A DNA stretch of 29,457 bases from a virus (Duplodnaviria; Caudoviricetes), in IMG/VR virus record IMGVR_UViG_3300021962_000460, positions 1 through 29,457 of that record. One strand, written 5' to 3'. The notes beneath the pieces are model-generated. The model was not told the DNA's origin. It did no database searches and worked only from the letters and a program-made list of their open reading frames with translations. This document shows, piece after piece, positions 23,871 through 29,457 of this stretch. The stretch's first letter is position 1. Each line of letters starts with the position of its first letter. The position numbers were made by a program, and so were the translations under genes.

Positions 23871-26564
23871 ATGGCTGACAAGAAAATTTCCGCACTAACA
23901 GCACTCGCCACAATCGCTTCTGGCGACTTGCTCGTAACAGTTGACGTAAGCGACACAACGCAAGCGGCGAGCGGCACCACAAAGAAGATTACGGCTGGAG
24001 AGCTTCTTTCTGCTCCGAGTCCGATTGGCTCAGTGACTCCTTCCAGCGGTGCATTCACTACTATCAACACTGTAGTTCTTTCTGGAGCGTCAACTCCCAC
24101 CCTAGCTGTTACTGGCACTACAACGGTGTCAGGAGCTAATACGGGCGATCAGACGAACATTACTGGCAATGCAGCCACGGTCACGACCAACGCGAATCTT
24201 ACGGGTGGAGTCACTAGTATCGGCAACGCGGCAACCGTAATTACCAACGCTAACCTCACAGGCGGTGTGACTAGCGTTGGCAATGCTGCAACCGTAATCA
24301 CGAATGCAAACTTAACTGGCGGTGTGACCAGTGTAGGCAATGCGGCAACTGTAATTACTAATGCGAATCTCACAGGCGGTGTGACGAGCGTGGGTAACGC
24401 AGCAACGGTTATCACGAACGCGAATCTTACTGGTGGTGTGACGAGCGTAGGCAATGCCGCTACAGTAATTACCAACGCCAACCTAACGGGTCATGTGACA
24501 TCCTCCGGTAACGCTGCTGTGCTGGGCAGCTTTACCTCGGCGCAACTGGCGACTGCGCTCTCTGACGAAACTGGGTCTGGCGCAAGCGTGTTTGCCACAA
24601 GCCCAGTGCTGACCACGCCGAACATTGGGACGCCGAGTGCGGGTGTGTTGACTAACTGCACATTCCCAACGCTGAACCAGAACACGACGGGGACTGCTGC
24701 TGCGGCTAACTTGGCTGCATCTGGTGTGGGTGGTGTGACAGGCAATCTTCCTGTCACCAATCTTAATTCCGGGACAGGAGCTACATCTGGGACGTTCTGG
24801 CGAGGCGATAGCACTTGGGCATCAGTTACCGCAGCCGGTGCCTTGCTCACTGCAAACAACCTCTCGGAGTTGACTGCTACGGCATCTACCGCGAGAACGA
24901 ACATTGGCCTTGGAACAATCTCCACTCAGGCTGCTTCGTCTGTCGCAATCACAGGCGGCAGCATTACGGGAATCACCGACTTAGCTCTAGCAGATGGTGG
25001 CACTGGAGCATCCACTGCGCCTAATGCTCGAACCAACCTTGGCCTTGGCACTGCTGCAACTAGTAACACGGGGGACTTTGCCGCAACCTCTCACACACAC
25101 GCAGCGGCAGACATTGTTTCAGGAACGGTTGCAACTGCGCGACTCGGCTCTGGCACAGCATCTTCTGCTAACTTCCTTCGAGGCGACAGTTCGTGGGTAG
25201 CTATCTCTGGCGGTGGCGATTTGCTCGCTGCCAACAATCTCGCCGAGTTAACTCCTACTGCTGCTACCGCCCGGACCAACCTTGGACTTGGCACGATGGC
25301 TACGCAGGCTGCTTCGGCTGTCGCTGTCACGGGTGGCACGATTAATGGCGCGACTGTCGGTGCGACGACGGCTGCGACTGGCGCGTTTACTACGGGTACA
25401 TTTTCCGGCACGCTTGGCGTAACCGGAGTGGCTACACTAGGGAACGGCGCAATTTTAGGAACTCCCGCGTCAGGCGTGATGACTAACGTCACTGGCACTG
25501 CGCCCGGCTTAACCGCTGGCAATGTCACGACAAACGCGAACCTCACAGGCGGTGTGACTAGCGTTGGCAATGCTGCAACCGTAATTACCAACGCCAACCT
25601 CACTGGCGGTGTGACCAGCGTTGGCAATGCCGCGACTGTAGTAACTAACGCTAACCTTACTGGTGGCGTGACGAGTGTTGGAAATGCCGCTACGGTAATC
25701 ACCAACGCCAACCTCACAGGCGGTGTGACCAGCGTTGGCAACGCTGCAACAGTAATTACCAACGCGAACCTCACAGGCGATGTCACAAGCTCCGGCAATG
25801 CAACCGCGATTGCTGCTGGAGTAATCGTTGATGCAGACATTAACGCCGCTGCCGCTATTGCAGATACCAAGCTGGCAACAATTTCTACTGCCTCCAAAGT
25901 TAGCAACTCAGCAACAACAGCAGCATCAGCAAACACCGCTAGCGCAATTGTTGCGCGTGATGCGTCTGGCAACTTTACTGCGGGGACTATTACAGCAGCC
26001 CTAACCGGCACGGCAAGCGGGAATCTGGTCAGTGGTGGCGCACTTGGAACACCCTCAAGCGGCACAGTCACGAATCTTACCGGCACAGCGAGCATCAACA
26101 TTAACGGCACGGTTGGTGCGACTACGGCCTCTACTGGTGCATTTACGTCGCTGTCATCTACGATAGGGTCTAGCCTTGCAACAAGCAGCGGCAGTGTTGG
26201 TGTTGGCACTGCGAGTCCCACAACTAAGTTTTTTGTCTCAGGAAACTCTGCATCCAACATTTCCGCACTCACTGACGGTGCGACTATCACCCCAGACTTT
26301 TCCGCTGCAAACAACTTCTCGGTGACGCTGGCCGGAAACAGAACGCTTGCTAATCCTACCGGACTTATTGCGGGACAGAGCGGAGTTATTACGATTACTC
26401 AAGACGGCACCGGATCGCGCACCCTCGCTTACGGTTCATACTGGGACTTTGCTGGAGGGACAGCCCCAACCCTATCTACCGCTGCTGCCGCGCAAGATGT
26501 GCTGGTGTTCTTCGTCACTTCCTCCACTCGCATCACTTGCCAGATGATTGCTAACCTTTCCTGA
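23871..26564 (+). CDS. Tail fibre / virion fibre protein with internal repeats
   Basis: N-terminal ADKKISALT...D.L..VD......TKKIT fibre motif; Gly/Ala/Thr-rich; ARTNLGL repeats; C-terminal NF.VTL.GN.TLANP...GQSG.I.I.QD.TG.RTL...W.F.GG.APTLS domain. Confidence 0.85.
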   Translation: MADKKISALTALATIASGDLLVTVDVSDTTQAASGTTKKITAGELLSAPSPIGSVTPSSGAFTTINTVVLSGASTPTLAVTGTTTVSGANTGDQTNITGNAATVTTNANLTGGVTSIGNAATVITNANLTGGVTSVGNAATVITNANLTGGVTSVGNAATVITNANLTGGVTSVGNAATVITNANLTGGVTSVGNAATVITNANLTGHVTSSGNAAVLGSFTSAQLATALSDETGSGASVFATSPVLTTPNIGTPSAGVLTNCTFPTLNQNTTGTAAAANLAASGVGGVTGNLPVTNLNSGTGATSGTFWRGDSTWASVTAAGALLTANNLSELTATASTARTNIGLGTISTQAASSVAITGGSITGITDLALADGGTGASTAPNARTNLGLGTAATSNTGDFAATSHTHAAADIVSGTVATARLGSGTASSANFLRGDSSWVAISGGGDLLAANNLAELTPTAATARTNLGLGTMATQAASAVAVTGGTINGATVGATTAATGAFTTGTFSGTLGVTGVATLGNGAILGTPASGVMTNVTGTAPGLTAGNVTTNANLTGGVTSVGNAATVITNANLTGGVTSVGNAATVVTNANLTGGVTSVGNAATVITNANLTGGVTSVGNAATVITNANLTGDVTSSGNATAIAAGVIVDADINAAAAIADTKLATISTASKVSNSATTAASANTASAIVARDASGNFTAGTITAALTGTASGNLVSGGALGTPSSGTVTNLTGTASININGTVGATTASTGAFTSLSSTIGSSLATSSGSVGVGTASPTTKFFVSGNSASNISALTDGATITPDFSAANNFSVTLAGNRTLANPTGLIAGQSGVITITQDGTGSRTLAYGSYWDFAGGTAPTLSTAAAAQDVLVFFVTSSTRITCQMIANLS
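24191..24516 (+). repeat. 57-bp (19-aa) coding tandem repeat, cluster 1 (6 units)
   Basis: [19 protein letters not shown]; last unit degenerate. Boundaries approximate. Confidence 0.9.
25535..25806 (+). repeat. 57-bp (19-aa) coding tandem repeat, cluster 2 (5 units)
   Basis: Same unit as cluster 1; last unit degenerate. Boundaries approximate. Confidence 0.9.
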
Positions 26565-28792
26565 TGAGCTTACCTAACGCAACAAAACCTATTTTAGCTG
26601 GCGGGGCTACTACTGCTTATCAGGTGAGTCGCAGCTTGAGGTTTAACAGCGCAGACTCGGCGTATCTGACGAGAACTATGGGGACGGCAGGCAGTTTGCT
26701 GAAGTGGACTTTTAGCTGCTGGGCTAAGAGAGGGTTGCATCCATCCAATCCGGGAATGATATTTTCTGGCGGAGCAAGGGATGGAATAAGTTTCCAATCG
26801 TTATTGTCTGGAACTGAAGGATTGTCGTTCCGTGATAATGATGGTGGAGCTTTTCACCTGACAACATCGGCTCTTTACAGGGACTTTTCTGCTTGGATGC
26901 ACATAGTTGTTGCGTTTGATTCGGCTCAAGCTACTGCTTCTGACCGAGTAAAGATTTATGTAAACGGGTCGCAGGTTACGTCGTTTAGCGCGTCCACCTA
27001 CCCGTCTCTGAGCTATGCTTCCAGCATTGGGGCTGCTGCGGCACATACATTTGGAACGCGAAATGCTACTTCTTACTACTTAAACAGCTACTTAGCCGAT
27101 GCTCACCTTGTAAACAATCTCGCGCTGACTGCTTCTGACTTTGCACAGACGGATGCTACCACTGGACAGTGGGTTCCTAAGCTATACTCAGGAGCCTACG
27201 GAACTACTGGTTTCAAGCTCAACTTCTCCGACAACTCGGCGGCAACAGCGGCTACTCTAGGGGCTGACAGCAGCGGCAACGGCAACAACTTCACACCTAC
27301 TAACCTGAGCGTCACTGCTGGCGTTGGCAACGACTCCCTAACTGACACGCCGACGCAGTATGGGAGCGATACAGGCGCGGGTGGCGAGGTGAGGGGGAAT
27401 TATTGTACGCTAAACTCTATCATCCCAAGCGCGTCAGGGATCACCAATGGTAACCTGGACGCTACAGGGGCAGCGCAAGGAACATTCGACATCACATCTG
27501 GTAGTTGGTACTGGGAATCCACAGCAAGTGCTACAGCGGCTGGAGGAATCATTAACTCCGCTGGAACAGCATATACCACCGCTATTGCATCTGGCGTGAC
27601 TAGGGGATTTAGGTACGCATCGTCAACGACGACACTTGAATCAACCATTAACGGCTCGTCATGGACAACAATATCGGCTGCTGTCGTAGGCCAGCCTTTT
27701 CCTTATGTACTTACTGGGGCCACATCATCTAACTTCGGCCAACGCGCTTTCACCTACACAGCCCCTTCCGGCTACAAAGCACTCTGCGTCCAGAACCTAT
27801 CTACTCCAACCATCGTCCTTCCCAGCACGGCGTTTGATGCGAAGCTCTACACGGGAACGGGAAGCAGCCAGTCAATTACGGGATTAGGATTCAACCCTGA
27901 CCTTGTATGGATTAAGTCGCGCTCTGTGTCCACCAACCACGCCCTGTACGACAGCGTTCGCGGATCGCAAGCACGGCTTGAGTCGAACAATACCGACGTG
28001 GAGGCGACATCCGATGCCGGACTCACGGCATTTAACGCAACTGGGTTCACGGTTAACACCCTCGCTAAAGTTAACACATCGGCTGCGACCTACGTTGGCT
28101 GGTGCTGGGATGAGTCTGTGTCTGCTGGGTTTGACATTGTGACGTACACTGGCGACATAGCCAGTAACCGCGATGTGGCGCACTCTCTTGGTGTTGCCCC
28201 TAAATTCATAATCGTAAAAGACCGTAGCTCAAACGGAGTTAATAACAACTGGAGCCTCTGGCATACGAGCATGACTTCTGGCCACAATATGTATTTTGAT
28301 ACTTCGGCCAGCTTTGCTATTTCAGGTACTTCTTATGGTGGAATTGGAACTGCTCATACCTCTTCTACGTTTCGCTTGCAAAATGGAAGCTCAAGCAATC
28401 AAACGGTTAATGAATCCGGCGATTCCTATGTCGCCTACCTCTGGGCAGACGTTGCTGGGTTCAGCAAGTTTGGGTCGTACACTGGCAACGGGGCTGCTGA
28501 CGGCCCGTTTATTGACTGCGGGTTTAGGCCACGGTTTGTTATGCAGAAGAACGCTTCTGGTGGTGGAAACAACTGGAGGACGTGGGACTCATCTAGGTAC
28601 CCAAACAACGAAAACGTAACTCCGCTATGCTCCAATACCTCAGATGCGGATGCGGCAGACGCGAACGGTGTTGATATGCTTTCAAACGGATTCAAGGTCA
28701 GGCTGAACACTTCAGCGGCTAATAGCTCTGGATTAACCTACATCTTCATGGCTTTTGCTGAATCCCCATTTAAATACGCTAACGCGAAATAA
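26564..28792 (+). CDS. Tail-associated protein with concanavalin A/LamG-like domain
   Basis: RSLRFN..DSAYL.RT, WTFSCW.KR, RD.SAW.HIVVA.D, RVKIYVNG, followed by repeated YTG.G...PD.VWIK.R modules ending YIFMAFAE.PFK. Confidence 0.85.
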   Translation: MSLPNATKPILAGGATTAYQVSRSLRFNSADSAYLTRTMGTAGSLLKWTFSCWAKRGLHPSNPGMIFSGGARDGISFQSLLSGTEGLSFRDNDGGAFHLTTSALYRDFSAWMHIVVAFDSAQATASDRVKIYVNGSQVTSFSASTYPSLSYASSIGAAAAHTFGTRNATSYYLNSYLADAHLVNNLALTASDFAQTDATTGQWVPKLYSGAYGTTGFKLNFSDNSAATAATLGADSSGNGNNFTPTNLSVTAGVGNDSLTDTPTQYGSDTGAGGEVRGNYCTLNSIIPSASGITNGNLDATGAAQGTFDITSGSWYWESTASATAAGGIINSAGTAYTTAIASGVTRGFRYASSTTTLESTINGSSWTTISAAVVGQPFPYVLTGATSSNFGQRAFTYTAPSGYKALCVQNLSTPTIVLPSTAFDAKLYTGTGSSQSITGLGFNPDLVWIKSRSVSTNHALYDSVRGSQARLESNNTDVEATSDAGLTAFNATGFTVNTLAKVNTSAATYVGWCWDESVSAGFDIVTYTGDIASNRDVAHSLGVAPKFIIVKDRSSNGVNNNWSLWHTSMTSGHNMYFDTSASFAISGTSYGGIGTAHTSSTFRLQNGSSSNQTVNESGDSYVAYLWADVAGFSKFGSYTGNGAADGPFIDCGFRPRFVMQKNASGGGNNWRTWDSSRYPNNENVTPLCSNTSDADAADANGVDMLSNGFKVRLNTSAANSSGLTYIFMAFAESPFKYANAK

Positions 28793-28795
28793 CTT

Positions 28796-29248
28796 ATGCT
28801 CCTACTAAACGGAAAGTTAATCTCACCCGACACAGCGTTTACTCACGCTGACATCCAGTACCCCGCGAACTGGCTGCGTCACGCCAGCGCGGATGAGAAA
28901 GCTGCTATCGGCATCTCTGAGGTTGTCGAGCAGCCCCGGCCTGACGAGCGGTTCTTCTGGGTTACGGATAACGGCAACGGCACGTTCTCTGCAACTCCGA
29001 AGGACTTGGACTCGAAGAAGGCTGAGTTGATTGCACAGGTGAAGGTTGCCGCAGGATGTCTGCTTGCCGCCACTGACTGGATGGTTGTCCGCGCCTCGGA
29101 GACTGGCAAGGTTGTGGACGCTAAAACCCTTGCTGACCGCGCTGCGATCCGTTCCGTCTCTGACTTATCTGAATCTGCCATCAACGCTTGCCAGACAATT
29201 GACCAGCTTGCTGCTAATGTTATTGAATGGCCGAAAGGTAATCTGTGA
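28796..29248 (+). CDS. Putative tail fibre assembly chaperone
   Basis: QYPANWLR..S..EKAAIGI, LL..TDWMV.R..E, R.AIR and terminal WP motifs; follows the fibre genes. Confidence 0.7.
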   Translation: MLLLNGKLISPDTAFTHADIQYPANWLRHASADEKAAIGISEVVEQPRPDERFFWVTDNGNGTFSATPKDLDSKKAELIAQVKVAAGCLLAATDWMVVRASETGKVVDAKTLADRAAIRSVSDLSESAINACQTIDQLAANVIEWPKGNL

Positions 29249-29457
29249 TCGATAAACTTGAAGTGATGGTTGCGCGGATTGAGGAGCGGCAGATTGCCAA
29301 CTGCGACAAGCTTGACCGCGCCCTAGCCACCGCTGAGAAGCACGATGAACGAATCACCAAGCTCGAAGAAACTTCTTGGCGTTCAGCGGGAGCGGCTGGA
29401 GCGATGGGAGCAGTTGCAGGTGCAGTCGCAGCAGTGGCAGCTAAACTCTGGAAATGA
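29245..29457 (+). CDS. Small coiled-coil plus C-terminal TM protein (holin/XhlA-like)
   Basis: ARIEERQ...HDERITKLE followed by an Ala/Gly hydrophobic helix; GTGA overlap with the upstream gene. Confidence 0.6.
   Translation: MIDKLEVMVARIEERQIANCDKLDRALATAEKHDERITKLEETSWRSAGAAGAMGAVAGAVAAVAAKLWK

Noticed and set aside
24191-25806. 57-bp repeats as a CRISPR array or DGR template/variable repeats
   Set aside because: No spacers; units are in-frame coding repeats varying at synonymous sites; no reverse transcriptase in the window.
25091-26314. 407-aa minus-strand ORF and similar ORFs opposite the tail genes
   Set aside because: Antisense shadow caused by Ala/Thr/Gly codon bias.
1-29457. tRNA, rRNA, integrase or transposase genes
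   Set aside because: None recognised by eye; a tRNAscan or HMM run would be needed to exclude them formally.

Overview
Large fragment of a tailed dsDNA bacteriophage genome, probably short-tailed/podovirus-like. There is no sign of host chromosomal genes. Two arms diverge from a repeat-rich non-coding segment at about 15.5-16.1 kb, the likely genome end or packaging region. The leftward (minus) arm, 15509 to 6063, is a dense run of small, mostly ATGA-coupled early/middle genes. It includes a beta-clamp-like domain, a histone-fold protein, an excisionase-like HTH, an ERF recombinase, a Cas4/PD-(D/E)XK exonuclease, a putative SSB, a DnaA-C-like HTH and a RusA-like locus. The rightward arm encodes small and large terminase, portal, scaffold, an N4-gp56-like major capsid protein, small virion-associated genes, a repeat-rich tail fibre, a LamG-type tail protein, a chaperone and a small membrane protein. 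The window opens inside a very large polyvalent, probably virion-injected, protein with ART-like modules, followed by a metallophosphoesterase cluster. The most notable observations are: (1) a complete type II hammerhead ribozyme in the early arm (13390-13449, minus); (2) a RusA resolvase whose N- and C-terminal motifs sit in two different, fully overlapping reading frames, each with its own plausible start; (3) a phage-encoded 61-aa histone-fold protein missing from the ORF track as a separate call; (4) several candidate structured RNAs, namely tandem pseudoknots before the scaffold gene, a multi-stem element between terL and portal, and a roughly 450-nt ORF-poor early leader. All assignments come from motif recognition by eye; no database search or folding program was run.
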